From Burkholderiales bacterium (GTDB lineage Bacteria > Pseudomonadota > Gammaproteobacteria > Burkholderiales > SG8-41), in contig JALHND010000003.1 in assembly GCA_022843705.1 (NCBI GenBank), positions 8,963 to 72,962 of the forward strand: a stretch of 64,000 nt of DNA, read 5' to 3'. Within the stretch, counting starts at the first letter, position 1. Each line of letters opens with the position of its first letter. This document shows positions 44,846 through 54,837 of this stretch, piece after piece. The translations under genes were made by a program, and so were the position numbers. Below the pieces are notes generated by a model. It was not told the origin of the DNA. It ran no database searches and saw only the letters and a program-made list of their open reading frames with translations.

Positions 44846-46699
44846 ATGAACGTTTTTTACGAAGAAGACGGCGAGTTCAGGGTCGGCCTGGTGATGGCCG
44901 ACAACGATACGTCGCTGCAGGTCGAGGCACCGCACGGCAAACGCTCGAAAGTGAAGGCTTCCGCCGTGTTGCTGCGTTTTGCATCGCCGGCACACACCGC
45001 CTTCATGGCCGAGGCGCAGCGCGAGGCCGATGCCATCGACGTCGATTTTCTGTGGCAGTGTTGCGGGGCCGAGGAATTCGGCTATGAAGGCCTGGCGACC
45101 GAGTACTACGGCCACGCGCCGTCCGCTGCCGAATCCGCGGCAGTGCTGATGCGCCTGCACGGCGCGCCGATGTATTTTTACAAGAAGGGCCGCGGCCGTT
45201 ACAAGGCGGCGCCGGAAGAAGCGCTGAAGGCGGCGCTGGCCAGCGTTGAACGCAAGAAGCTGCAGGCCGAAGCGAAGGCGGCTTATGCCGCCGAACTGGC
45301 GCAAAACCGCCTCCCGGAGGCCTTCCGGCCGCTGCTCGACCAGCTGCTCTACAAGCCGGACAAGAACGGCATTGAATGGAAGGCGCTGGACGAGGCCGCC
45401 GCTGCGGCGAAACTGACGCCGGTGCGCCTGCTGGAACGTTGCGGCGCCCTGCCCGACATCCACGCGTACCACCTCAATCGCTTCCTGCACGAACATTTTC
45501 CGAAGGGTGCCGGATTTCCGGAACTGCCGCCGGTGCCTGTGCCGGAGGGATTACCGCTGGCCGACACCGAGGCCTACAGCATCGACGATGCGGCGACGAC
45601 CGAGATCGACGATGCGTTTTCGCTGCAGGCGCTGCCGGGCGGCGCGCGCCGCCTCGGCATCCACATTGCCGCGCCGGCGCTGGGCATCGTGCCGGATTCG
45701 CCGCTGGAGGCGGTGGCGCGTGAACGCCTGTCGACGGTTTATTTTCCCGGCGGCAAGATCACCATGCTGCCCGATGCCGCGGTCGAGGCCTACACGCTGG
45801 CGGCGGGCCGCAATTGCCCGGCGCTGTCGATCTATTTCGATGTCGCGGAGGATTTTTCGATCCTGTCGCATGAAACACGGCTCGAACGCGTGCATATCGC
45901 GGACAACCTGCGCCACGATGCGCTGGAGCCGGTGTTCAATGCCGCCACGCTCGCGGCCGGCGGCGCCATCGACCACCCGCAGGGCGAAGCGCTGGCCTGG
46001 CTGTGGCAGTTCTCGGGCAGCAGGCTGCACACGCGCAAGGGCGATGTGCCGCCGCAGGAGGACCGCCCCGAATTCACCTTCCAGGTGGATGCCGACGGCC
46101 GGGTGACCATCGGCCGCCGTGCCCGCGGCACGCCGATCGACCAGTCGGTGGCCGAACTGATGATCCTCGCCAACAGCACCTGGGCCGGCGAGCTGCATGC
46201 CGCCGGCCAGCCGGCGCTGTACCGCGTGCAGAGTGGCGGCAAGGTGCGCAGCAGCACGGCCGCCGGACCGCATGACGGGCTGGGCGTCGCGCAGTACATG
46301 TGGGCGACTTCGCCGCTGCGCCGTTATGCCGACCTGGTCAACCAGCGCCAGTTGATCGCGCGCGCGCGCGGCGAGCCGCCGGTTTATGCCGGCAAGGACA
46401 CCACTCTGCTGGCGGCGATGCGCGACTTCGAGGCGGCCTACGAAATCTACGGCGAGTACCAGCGGACGATGGAGCGTTACTGGAGCCTGCGCTGGCTGCT
46501 GCAGGAAAACATGGCTGTGGTCACCGGCACGGTGCTGCGCGAGAACCTGGTGCGGCTGGAGGCGGTGCCGATTGTCCAGCGCATACCGTCGCTGGCGAAC
46601 GTGGCACCCGGCGCGCGTGTCGAACTTGCAGTGGGTGACATCGACCTGCTCGACCTGGGCCTCCTGCTCGAATTCAGGACGGTGCTTGATGGCCTCTGA
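44846..46699 (+). CDS. RNB-domain exoribonuclease (RNase II/R family)
   Basis: ATG at 44846 (MNVFYEEDGEFRVG). RNB catalytic blocks IDDAATTEIDDAFS and SPLRRYADLVNQRQL. Confidence 0.85.
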   Translation: MNVFYEEDGEFRVGLVMADNDTSLQVEAPHGKRSKVKASAVLLRFASPAHTAFMAEAQREADAIDVDFLWQCCGAEEFGYEGLATEYYGHAPSAAESAAVLMRLHGAPMYFYKKGRGRYKAAPEEALKAALASVERKKLQAEAKAAYAAELAQNRLPEAFRPLLDQLLYKPDKNGIEWKALDEAAAAAKLTPVRLLERCGALPDIHAYHLNRFLHEHFPKGAGFPELPPVPVPEGLPLADTEAYSIDDAATTEIDDAFSLQALPGGARRLGIHIAAPALGIVPDSPLEAVARERLSTVYFPGGKITMLPDAAVEAYTLAAGRNCPALSIYFDVAEDFSILSHETRLERVHIADNLRHDALEPVFNAATLAAGGAIDHPQGEALAWLWQFSGSRLHTRKGDVPPQEDRPEFTFQVDADGRVTIGRRARGTPIDQSVAELMILANSTWAGELHAAGQPALYRVQSGGKVRSSTAAGPHDGLGVAQYMWATSPLRRYADLVNQRQLIARARGEPPVYAGKDTTLLAAMRDFEAAYEIYGEYQRTMERYWSLRWLLQENMAVVTGTVLRENLVRLEAVPIVQRIPSLANVAPGARVELAVGDIDLLDLGLLLEFRTVLDGL

Positions 46700-46815
46700 T
46701 GTAAGCGAGCACCAACCTCCGGAAAAATACTGGATTCGACTTTAAGCAAAGCACTTAATTACATGATATTTAAGTTTTTATTGCTATTTGCGAGGCCTTG
46801 ACTAGAATACCCGGG

Positions 46816-47829
46816 ATGATGCGCAAACCTGCCGCCCAAGTCGTCCAGCTGCCCCGCCGCGCGAAACATCCGCGTCGCGGTTCCTGGGCGGGCGCGGTGG
46901 ACCGGCTCGATGAGCGTGTCGCCGAACTCGAGCGGCGCATCGCCGATTTCGACCGCCGTTATGCGCAGATGACCGTGCGCACCCGCTTCGGGGCCGCCGG
47001 CGCGGTTTCGCTGCTGTTCCACGCTTTTGTCATTTTCGGGCTGAGCTTCACGGTGCCCGACCTGCGTGAACTGCAGAATTCGGCGCCGCCGCTGGAAGTC
47101 GTGCTGGTCAACACCAAGTCACAGGCGAAACCGGCCAAGGCCGACGCGCTGGCCCAGCACAACCTCGACGGCGGCGGCAATACCGACGCCAAACAGCGCG
47201 CGCAAAGCCCGCTGCCGGCGATCACCAAGGACAGCCAGACCACCGAACTGCAGCTCGCCCAGAAGCGGGTGGCGGAACTGGAGCGGGAAGCCCGCGAACT
47301 GCTGGCCAAAAAGGGCGCGAAGAGCGAAGTCGCCAGCACCCCGGACAAACCGTCGCCGCAGGCGAACGAAACGGCGCCGACGGTGAATGCCACGGACCTG
47401 GTGCAGCGCAGCCTGGCGATCGCGCGGCTGGAAGCGCAGATCAGCAAGGACTGGAATGCCTACCAGGAACGGCCGCGCCGCAAGTTCGTCGGTGCACGCA
47501 CCCAGGAATACCGCTTTGCCCGCTACGTCGAGGACTGGCGGCAGAAGATCGAGCGTATCGGCGAGCTGAATTATCCGCAGGCGGCGCGCGAACAGCGCAT
47601 CTACGGCAGCCTGGTGGCGACGGTGTCGATCAAGTCCAATGGCAGCCTGGAGCGGGTGCAGATCGACCGCTCCTCCGGCAACAAGCTGCTTGATGACGCG
47701 ACGGTGCGCATCGTCACGCTGGCGGCGCCGTATTCGGCTTTCCCCGAAAACATTGCCCGCGACACCGACATCCTGCACATCACCCGCACCTGGACCTTCA
47801 CGCGGGCCGACCAGTTCGTCAGCCAGTGA
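46816..47829 (+). CDS. TonB C-terminal domain protein
   Basis: Cytoplasmic coiled-coil N-terminus, one TM (AVSLLFHAFVIFGLSF), a charged linker, and a TonB_C block YPQAAREQRIYGSLVATVSIKSNGSLERVQIDRSSGNKLLDDA. Start is ATG 46816 or TTG 46798. Confidence 0.7.
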   Translation: MMRKPAAQVVQLPRRAKHPRRGSWAGAVDRLDERVAELERRIADFDRRYAQMTVRTRFGAAGAVSLLFHAFVIFGLSFTVPDLRELQNSAPPLEVVLVNTKSQAKPAKADALAQHNLDGGGNTDAKQRAQSPLPAITKDSQTTELQLAQKRVAELEREARELLAKKGAKSEVASTPDKPSPQANETAPTVNATDLVQRSLAIARLEAQISKDWNAYQERPRRKFVGARTQEYRFARYVEDWRQKIERIGELNYPQAAREQRIYGSLVATVSIKSNGSLERVQIDRSSGNKLLDDATVRIVTLAAPYSAFPENIARDTDILHITRTWTFTRADQFVSQ

Positions 47830-47836
47830 GCGCGCG

Positions 47837-48667
47837 GTGAGTGATCGATACGCGGTGATCGGCAACCCGGTCAGCCACAGCAAGTCGCCGCTGATCCATG
47901 TCGCATTCGCGCGCCAGACCGGCCAGGACATCCGCTACGACCGCCTGCTCGCGCCGCTCGACGGTTTCGAGGACACGGTGCGCCGGTTTTTCCACGAGGG
48001 CGGCCATGGCTTGAACGTGACGTTGCCGTTCAAGCGCGAGGCCTGGGATCTGGTCGATTCCCTGGATGAGAAAGCACTCGAGGCGGAGGCTGTAAACACC
48101 ATCAAAATGGTCAATGCTCAACTGGTCGGTTACAACACGGATGGCGTCGGTCTGGTGACGGATCTTGAGCGCAATCTTGAATTTCCGATTGCAAACAAGA
48201 GAGTGTTGTTGATGGGTGCTGGTGGTGCTGCGCACGGCGTCATGCATTTCTTGCTTGAAAGGCGGCCGTATTCGCTGTTAGTGGCTAACCGCACGACGGA
48301 CAAGGCAATGCGTATGGTGAGCCATTTCATCAACAAATCCAAACACTTGGGTGTCACCGACATTTCGGCACGTCCTTATGGTGAGTTGACCGGCCTGCAG
48401 TTCGACCTGGTGATCAACGCCACCTCGGCCAGTCTCGATGGCGCGATGCCATTGTTACCCGACGGCCTGTTTGCGCCGGGCGCGCTGGCCTACGACATGA
48501 TGTACGGCCGTGAAACCGCTTTCCTCGAATTCGCGCGGGCGCAAGGCGCGGCCTGTGCCGACGGCCTCGGCATGCTGGTCGAACAGGCCGCTGAATCCTT
48601 CCGCATCTGGCGCGGCGTCAGGCCGCTGACCGCGCCGGTGATCGCGCAACTGCGCGGCGACGCCTGA
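47837..48667 (+). CDS. aroE: Shikimate dehydrogenase
   Basis: GTG at 47837: VSDRYAVIGNPVSHSKSPLIHVAFARQTG..., NVTLPFK, YNTDGVG, LLMGAGGAA. Confidence 0.9.
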   Translation: MSDRYAVIGNPVSHSKSPLIHVAFARQTGQDIRYDRLLAPLDGFEDTVRRFFHEGGHGLNVTLPFKREAWDLVDSLDEKALEAEAVNTIKMVNAQLVGYNTDGVGLVTDLERNLEFPIANKRVLLMGAGGAAHGVMHFLLERRPYSLLVANRTTDKAMRMVSHFINKSKHLGVTDISARPYGELTGLQFDLVINATSASLDGAMPLLPDGLFAPGALAYDMMYGRETAFLEFARAQGAACADGLGMLVEQAAESFRIWRGVRPLTAPVIAQLRGDA

Positions 48668-48676
48668 TCGGCATCC

Positions 48677-49372
48677 ATGAGATTCCTGCTGCGCTGGACC
48701 TGGCGCATCATCCTGCTGGCGCTGATCGTGCTGACCGCGCTGCAGTTCTGGTTTTTGGTCCACATCTGGTACTGGAACAGCCACAACCCCGAGTCGACGG
48801 CCTTCATGCGTGCACGCCTCGAAATCCTGCAGGAAGATGATCCGCGGGCGAAGCTGCGTCACCAGTGGGTACCCTACCAGCGCATTTCCGGGCATCTCAA
48901 ACGCGCGGTGGTGGCGGCCGAGGACGCGAAATTTGCGGACCACGGCGGCTTCGACTGGGACGGCATCCAGAAGGCCTACGAAAAAAACCTGCGCGAAGGT
49001 GAAATCGTCGCCGGCGGCTCGACCATCACCCAGCAGCTGGCGAAGAACCTGTTTTTCTCCGGGGAGCGGGCCTGGTGGCGCAAGGCGCAGGAGGCCGTGG
49101 TCGCGGTGATGCTCGAAACCGTGATGAGCAAGCGGCGGATACTCGAAATCTATCTCAACGTCATCGAGTGGGGAGACGGCGTGTTCGGTGCCGAGGCGGC
49201 GGCGCGTTACCACTACGGGACAACCGCGGCCGCGTTGTCCCCGGAGCAGGCGGCACGCCTGGCCGCGGTGGTGCCGAGTCCGCGCCGCTACGGTCCCGGC
49301 AGCAACACCGCTTACCTGCAGCGCCGCACCCAGACCATTCTCGCCCGGATGAACGGCGCCGCGATTCCCTGA
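48677..49372 (+). CDS. mtgA: Monofunctional biosynthetic peptidoglycan transglycosylase
   Basis: 231 aa with an N-terminal TM and GT51 motifs AAEDAKFADHGGFDW and GGSTITQQLAKN. Confidence 0.92.
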   Translation: MRFLLRWTWRIILLALIVLTALQFWFLVHIWYWNSHNPESTAFMRARLEILQEDDPRAKLRHQWVPYQRISGHLKRAVVAAEDAKFADHGGFDWDGIQKAYEKNLREGEIVAGGSTITQQLAKNLFFSGERAWWRKAQEAVVAVMLETVMSKRRILEIYLNVIEWGDGVFGAEAAARYHYGTTAAALSPEQAARLAAVVPSPRRYGPGSNTAYLQRRTQTILARMNGAAIP

Positions 49373-49388
49373 CCTGCTTCCGGCGCGA

Positions 49389-50852
49389 TTACTGACCTTG
49401 GCCCAGCGAGTATCCCGGCACGCCGTCGAAGCTGCACAGGTGCTCGGTCTTGATGAAATCGAAACCCGCCGCCGCCAGGGTGCCGAGCAGAGCCACCACA
49501 TCGGCGTGGCTGATCGTGGCCACGGCATCAGCGGGCATGAAGCGGCAGCGCCAGTGGTCGGTGCACAGGGTTTCGGGCAGACCGTCCGGCCAGACCTTGA
49601 CGCCGCGGTTGGTGATCATCTTCAGTGCGAGCTTGCCGGTGGCGACCATGTTCAGCGCCGCGCCGAGATCGTCGGGCTTGCCCTCGTGCCAGTGCAGGAA
49701 CACATCCACCCCGACCAGGGCCTTGCGTGACGGTGCGCGGATCGGCGCCGGCGCGTGCTTGTCCTGCGCCGCTGCGAATTGCACCGGTTTCAGCTTCTCC
49801 GGGATCCGCCCGAGGCGGGCGATCACCGCCTGCGCGAAGGCGCGGGTGCCGACTTTTTGCACGGTGTGCGGACCGGCGATGTCGGCGGTGTGCACGCCGT
49901 CCTCCATCGTGCGCAGCCAGGCGTTCTGCACACGCGTGGCGATTTCGCCCTGGCCGATGTGGGCGAGCAGCATCGCCGCGGCCTGGATCAGGCCGGAGGG
50001 ATTGGCGATGTCCTGACCGGCGATGTCCGGCGCGCTGCCATGCACTGCCTCGAACATCGCGACGTGGTCGCCGATGTTCGAGGAACCGGCCAGCCCGATC
50101 GAGCCGGCGATCTGCGCCGCGACGTCGGACAGGATGTCGCCATATAGGTTGGGCATCACCACCACATCGAAACGCGTCGGATCGTCGGCGAGCAGCGCCG
50201 CGCCGATGTCGACGATGCGGTGCTCCTTCTCCAGTTCCGGATATTGCACTCCGATTTCGTCAAACACCTTGTGGAAGAGACCGTCGGTCATCTTCATGAT
50301 GTTGTCCTTGGTGAAGCAGGTCACCTTGCGACGGCCGTTGACACGCGCATATTCGAAGGCGTAGCGCACGATACGCTCGCAGCCGGGACGGGAGATCAGC
50401 TTCAGGCACTGGTAGACCTCGTCGGTCTGGCGGTGCTCGATGCCGGCGTAGAGGTCTTCCTCGTTCTCGCGCACGATCACCACATCCATGCCGGGATGGC
50501 GGGTGTCGACGAAGGGGTGGTAGGTCACGCAGGGGCGCACGTTGGCGTAGAGACCCAGCGTCTTGCGGATGGTGACGTTGAGGCTCTTGTAGCCGCCACC
50601 CTGGGGAGTGGTTATTGGCGCCTTCAGCAGCAGCCCGGTCCGGCGCAGAACCTCCCAGGACTGCGGCGCGATCCCCGAACTGATGCCGCTCCGGTAGACC
50701 TTTTCGCCGACCTCGATCGGTTCCCAGTCGATGCGCGCACCTGCGGCGTCAATGACGGCCATCGTGGCGGCGAGTATTTCAGGCCCGATGCCGTCGCCCT
50801 CGGCGACGGCGACGGCGGTGCGGGTCAACTGGCGGGGTTCGGCAAGATCCAT
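49389..50852 (-). CDS. icd: Isocitrate dehydrogenase (isocitrate/isopropylmalate DH family) with ~140-aa C-terminal extra domain
   Basis: 487 aa: AVAEGDGIGPEI, SLNVTIRKTLGLYANVRP, VIVRENEEDLYAG, NLYGDILSD. Cofactor specificity is not decidable from sequence by eye. Confidence 0.88.
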   Translation of the reverse strand: MDLAEPRQLTRTAVAVAEGDGIGPEILAATMAVIDAAGARIDWEPIEVGEKVYRSGISSGIAPQSWEVLRRTGLLLKAPITTPQGGGYKSLNVTIRKTLGLYANVRPCVTYHPFVDTRHPGMDVVIVRENEEDLYAGIEHRQTDEVYQCLKLISRPGCERIVRYAFEYARVNGRRKVTCFTKDNIMKMTDGLFHKVFDEIGVQYPELEKEHRIVDIGAALLADDPTRFDVVVMPNLYGDILSDVAAQIAGSIGLAGSSNIGDHVAMFEAVHGSAPDIAGQDIANPSGLIQAAAMLLAHIGQGEIATRVQNAWLRTMEDGVHTADIAGPHTVQKVGTRAFAQAVIARLGRIPEKLKPVQFAAAQDKHAPAPIRAPSRKALVGVDVFLHWHEGKPDDLGAALNMVATGKLALKMITNRGVKVWPDGLPETLCTDHWRCRFMPADAVATISHADVVALLGTLAAAGFDFIKTEHLCSFDGVPGYSLGQGQ

Positions 50853-50943
50853 GGTCGGGCTCCTGTGGGCGGTTGGTCGGTGAACGCCGTGAATCCTAAG
50901 TGCCGGCAGCCATTGTTAAAAATGATATTTCTGGATAAAACAT

Positions 50944-50959
50944 ATAGACTGCAGTCTAT
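50944..50959. promoter_or_regulatory. Perfect 16-bp palindrome overlapping the LysR start codon
   Basis: ATAGACTGCAGTCTAT. Its last two bases are the AT of the ATG at 50958. Lies in the icd/LysR divergent region. Candidate autoregulatory operator. Confidence 0.35.
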
Positions 50960-51971
50960 GAACAAGCCGAAACGTCCCCCGGTCACCCTGCACCAGCTGC
51001 GCGTGTTCGAAGCGGTGGCGCGCCAGCTGTCGTTCACGCGTGCCGCTGACGAGCTGCATCTGTCACAGCCCACCGTGTCTGTCCAGGTCAGGGAGCTTGC
51101 CGTGGCGGTGGGCTTGCCGCTGTTCGAGCAGCTTGGGCGACGCATCCGGCTTACCGCGGCCGGAACCGAGTTGCTGGCTTCCGCGCGCGCGATGTTCGAG
51201 ACCTGGGACCGCTTCGAAATGCGGGTGGCCGACCTGCAGGGCCTGCGCCGGGGTGCGCTGAGGGTGTCTGCGGTGACCACCGCCACCTATTTCGTGCCGC
51301 GCCTGCTCGGACCTTTTTCCGAGGCCTATCCCGGGATCGAGCTGTCGCTCGAGGTGGCCCGCCGCGATGACATCGTGCAGCGCCTGATCGAAGGGCGCGA
51401 TGACCTCTACATCATGGGTGTGCCGCCGACCGACCTGGAGATCCACGAACTGCCGATACTCGACAATCCGCTGGTGGTCGTCGCGCCGCGCAACCACAGG
51501 CTCGCCGGCCGGAAGGGCCTTCCCCTGAAGGCGCTGGAGGAGCAGCCGTTCCTGGTCCGGGAGCAGGGATCGGGCACCCGCATGGCCAGCGAACGCTATT
51601 TCCAGCGCCATGGTTTCAAGCCGCGCGTGCGCATGGCGCTGGGGAGCAACGAAGCCATCAAGCAGGCGGTCGCCGGCGGCTTCGGGCTGGCGGTGCTGTC
51701 CTTGCACGCACTGGGCATGGATGCAACCGACGGCGGCCTGGTCCTGCTGGACGTCGAGGGATTCCCGATCCGGCGCAAGTGGTATGCGGTGTATCCCAAG
51801 GCGCGGCCGCTGTCGATCGTTGCCACCACGTTTCTGCAATACCTGCGCGGTCAGACCGGCGGGCTGCCGAATGTTGATGCCCTGCTGGCGGATTGGCGCC
51901 GCGGCGCAGCAAATCGCCGCCGGTTTCCGGAACGCGGCAATTCTGTTGACCGCAAACATCCGGCGGCATAA
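50958..51971 (+). CDS. LysR-family transcriptional regulator, CbbR-like
   Basis: Track ORF 50220..51971 trimmed to MNKPKRPPVTLHQLRVFEAVARQLSFTRAADELHLSQPTVSVQVRELAVAVGLPLFEQ (ATG 50958). Overall pattern closely resembles CbbR/RbcR regulators. Confidence 0.85.
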   Translation: MNKPKRPPVTLHQLRVFEAVARQLSFTRAADELHLSQPTVSVQVRELAVAVGLPLFEQLGRRIRLTAAGTELLASARAMFETWDRFEMRVADLQGLRRGALRVSAVTTATYFVPRLLGPFSEAYPGIELSLEVARRDDIVQRLIEGRDDLYIMGVPPTDLEIHELPILDNPLVVVAPRNHRLAGRKGLPLKALEEQPFLVREQGSGTRMASERYFQRHGFKPRVRMALGSNEAIKQAVAGGFGLAVLSLHALGMDATDGGLVLLDVEGFPIRRKWYAVYPKARPLSIVATTFLQYLRGQTGGLPNVDALLADWRRGAANRRRFPERGNSVDRKHPAA

Positions 51972-52113
51972 TCTGCCGTTCGCGCATTCCTTTGCGCGCC
52001 CATGCGGCGTTCGACCGCAGGCCACAAGATTCAACCGGGGAATTCAGCCAGCATCCGCGCGCATTCCGGCGCGGGCCGCAATGCAGTACCCAACAAACCG
52101 CTGAGGAGAAGTC

Positions 52114-52602
52114 ATGGCGCAACTGAACATCAATGGCCGCAATTACGAGGTCAACGTCGAAGCCGACACCCCGCTGCTGTGGGCTATCCGGGAGCAGGTC
52201 GGGCTGACAGGCACCAAGTACGGCTGCGGCGTGGCGCAATGTGGCGCCTGCTCGATCCATCTCAACGGCGAAGTGGTGCGCTCCTGCGCGCTGCCGGTTG
52301 CCGCGATCAAACCCGGCGACCGCATCACCACCATCGAGGGCCTGTCGAAGGACAGCTCGCATCCGGTGCAGAAGGCCTGGGCGGCGATCGACGTGCCGCA
52401 GTGCGGCTACTGCCAGTCGGGCCAGATCATGGCGGCCGTGGCGCTGCTGGCGAAGAAGCCGAAGCCCACGGACAAGGATATCGACGAGGCGATGACCAAC
52501 ATCTGCCGCTGCGGCACCTATCACCGCATCCGCGCAGCGGTCCACATGGCCGCTGGCGGCAAGTTTGCCGCTGCAGTGACCGCCGATCAACAGAACGCCT
52601 GA
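52114..52602 (+). CDS. [2Fe-2S] small subunit of an XDH-family molybdoenzyme (IorA/aldehyde dehydrogenase type)
   Basis: 162 aa with two cluster motifs, [21 protein letters not shown] and [10 protein letters not shown]...CRCGTY. Good RBS (GAGGAGAAG). Confidence 0.9.
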   Translation: MAQLNINGRNYEVNVEADTPLLWAIREQVGLTGTKYGCGVAQCGACSIHLNGEVVRSCALPVAAIKPGDRITTIEGLSKDSSHPVQKAWAAIDVPQCGYCQSGQIMAAVALLAKKPKPTDKDIDEAMTNICRCGTYHRIRAAVHMAAGGKFAAAVTADQQNA

Positions 52603-52618
52603 GCCGGGGAGAGACGAC

Positions 52619-54826
52619 ATGAACGACCTGATGAATCCCGGACAAGCTCCGAAAATTTCCCGCCGCAAGTTCCTCGTCGGCGGCGCCGCTGCGGGCAGCG
52701 GTCTCGTGCTGGGTTTCCATCTGCCCTTCGGCATCGGCAGCGCTGCAGCCCAGGGTGCCGCGGCGGATGCCGAGGTGAACATCTGGGTGGTGGTGAAGCC
52801 CGACGACACCTGCGTGATCCGCATCGCCCGCGCCGAGATGGGCCAGGGCACGCTGACCGGTCTGGCGCAGCTGGTGGCCGAGGAACTGGAATGCGACTGG
52901 AAAAAAGTCTCCACCGAGCAGATCACGGCCGGCCAGAATCTCGCGCGCAAACGCGCCTGGGGCGTGATGTCGACTGCGGGCAGCCGCGGCATCCGCGAGT
53001 CGCAGGACTACGTGCGCCGCGGTGGTGCGGCGGCACGCATGATGCTGCTGCAGGCGGCGGCCAATGAATGGGGCGTGCCGGTCGGCGAACTGCGCGTCGC
53101 CAATGGCGTGATCACGCACTCCGGTTCCGGCCGCAGCACCAGCTACGGCAAGGTGGCGGGTGCGGCGGCGAAACTGACGCCGCCCGATCCGAAGAGCATC
53201 CAGCTGAAAGCGGTCAAGGACTGGAAAATCGCCGGCAAGGGCCTGCGCCGGCTGGATACCGCGGACAAGCTCAACGGCGCCAAGGTCTATGCCATCGACC
53301 TGAAGATGCCCGGCATGCTGCATGCGACGGTCAAGGACTGCCCGGTCTACGGCGGCAAGCTGCTGAGTTTCGACGAGTCGAAAGTCATCGGCATGCCTGG
53401 CGTCAAGCGTGTGATGAAGATCAACGACAGCACCGTCGCAGTGGTGGCCGACACCTGGTGGCGGGCGAAGAAGGCGCTGGATGCGCTGCCGATCGTGTGG
53501 GACGAAGGCCCCCATGCCAAGGTCAACAGTGCATCGATCGCGAAACACCTGGAATCGGGGCTGACCTCGAGCGACGCCTTTGCCGACATCGACACCGGTG
53601 ATGCACCGAAGGCGATTGCCGCCTCGGCGAAGAAGATCGAGGCCGTCTACAGTGTGCCCTTCACCTCGCACACCACGATGGAGCCGATGAACTGCACGGT
53701 GAAGCTGTCGCCGGACAAGTCGGAAATCTGGATCCCGACCCAGAACGCCGAGGCTTCGCTCGCTGCGCTGTCTTCCTCCTCCGGCCAGCCGCTCGAGAAG
53801 TGCGAGGTGTACGTGATGGACCTCGGCGGCGGTTTCGGCCGGCGCATCGGCAACCAGGACGTGGTACGCCAGGGCGTGGCAATCGCGAAAGCTTTTCCCG
53901 GAATACCGGTGAAAATGGTGTGGAGCCGCGAGGAAGACCAGGCGCACGATTTCTACCGGCCGATTGCCCAGGCGCGCATGGCTGCGGGTGTTGATGACAA
54001 GGGCAACCTGACCGGCCTGCACATCCGCGTGTCCGGCCAGTCGATCAACGCCTTTGCCAACCCGGCGGCGATCAAGGACGGCAAGGACCGGCGCCAGCTG
54101 CAGGGCCTGTGGCCGCAGCCGCATGATGCCCAGTTCGGTTACACGCATGCCAACCTGCGCACCGAGTATGCGATGCGCAACACCCATCTGCCGGTGGGGC
54201 CGTGGCGCGGCGTCAATACCAACCAGAACGGCATATTCAGCGAGTGTTTCATGGATGAAGTGGCGAAACTGGCCGGCAGGGATCCGCTGGAGTTCCGCCG
54301 TGCGCTGATGAGTGAACGTCCGAAACACCTGGGCGTGCTCAACGCCGCCGCCGAGAAGGCGGGCTGGGGCAAGCCGCTGCCGAAAGGCGTGTTCCGCGGT
54401 ATCGCCCAGTTCATGGGTTACGGCAGCTATTCCGCGGCAGTGGCCGAGGTCTCGGTCAGCGCCAAGGGCGAGGTCAAGGTTCACCGCTGCGTGTTTGCGC
54501 TCGACTGCGGCAATGTCGTCAATCCGGACCAGACGGCCGCGCAGATCGAGGGCTCGGTGGCCTACGGCATGACCACGCTGCAGAGCGAGATTTCGGTGGC
54601 CAACGGACGCATCGTGGAAACCAACTTCCACAATTTCCGCGTCATGAAAATCGCCGAAATGCCCAAGGTTGAAGTGATCCTGCCGGTGACCGGTGACTTC
54701 TGGGGTGGCGTGGGCGAGCCGACGATCTGCGTGGTGGTGCCGGCGATCCTCAATGCCATCCATGCCGCGACCGGCAAGCCGGTGCGCAGCCTGCCGTTGT
54801 CGAAGCAGGGGCTGACGCTGGTCTGA
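52619..54826 (+). CDS. Molybdopterin-binding large subunit of an XDH-family oxidoreductase (IorB type), Tat signal
   Basis: 735 aa, SRRKFLVGGAAAGSGLVLG twin-arginine signal, and IorB-type blocks (AEMGQGTLT, GGGFGRR, GVGEPT). Confidence 0.9.
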   Translation: MNDLMNPGQAPKISRRKFLVGGAAAGSGLVLGFHLPFGIGSAAAQGAAADAEVNIWVVVKPDDTCVIRIARAEMGQGTLTGLAQLVAEELECDWKKVSTEQITAGQNLARKRAWGVMSTAGSRGIRESQDYVRRGGAAARMMLLQAAANEWGVPVGELRVANGVITHSGSGRSTSYGKVAGAAAKLTPPDPKSIQLKAVKDWKIAGKGLRRLDTADKLNGAKVYAIDLKMPGMLHATVKDCPVYGGKLLSFDESKVIGMPGVKRVMKINDSTVAVVADTWWRAKKALDALPIVWDEGPHAKVNSASIAKHLESGLTSSDAFADIDTGDAPKAIAASAKKIEAVYSVPFTSHTTMEPMNCTVKLSPDKSEIWIPTQNAEASLAALSSSSGQPLEKCEVYVMDLGGGFGRRIGNQDVVRQGVAIAKAFPGIPVKMVWSREEDQAHDFYRPIAQARMAAGVDDKGNLTGLHIRVSGQSINAFANPAAIKDGKDRRQLQGLWPQPHDAQFGYTHANLRTEYAMRNTHLPVGPWRGVNTNQNGIFSECFMDEVAKLAGRDPLEFRRALMSERPKHLGVLNAAAEKAGWGKPLPKGVFRGIAQFMGYGSYSAAVAEVSVSAKGEVKVHRCVFALDCGNVVNPDQTAAQIEGSVAYGMTTLQSEISVANGRIVETNFHNFRVMKIAEMPKVEVILPVTGDFWGGVGEPTICVVVPAILNAIHAATGKPVRSLPLSKQGLTLV

Positions 54827-54837
54827 GCCGGGGCGCA

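Noticed and set aside
49389-49830. ~140-aa C-terminal extension on isocitrate dehydrogenase as a possible novel fusion
   Set aside because: As far as I recall, ICDHs of ~480-500 aa with an extra C-terminal domain are already known (Thermus-type enzymes). This is therefore probably an established subfamily rather than a new architecture.
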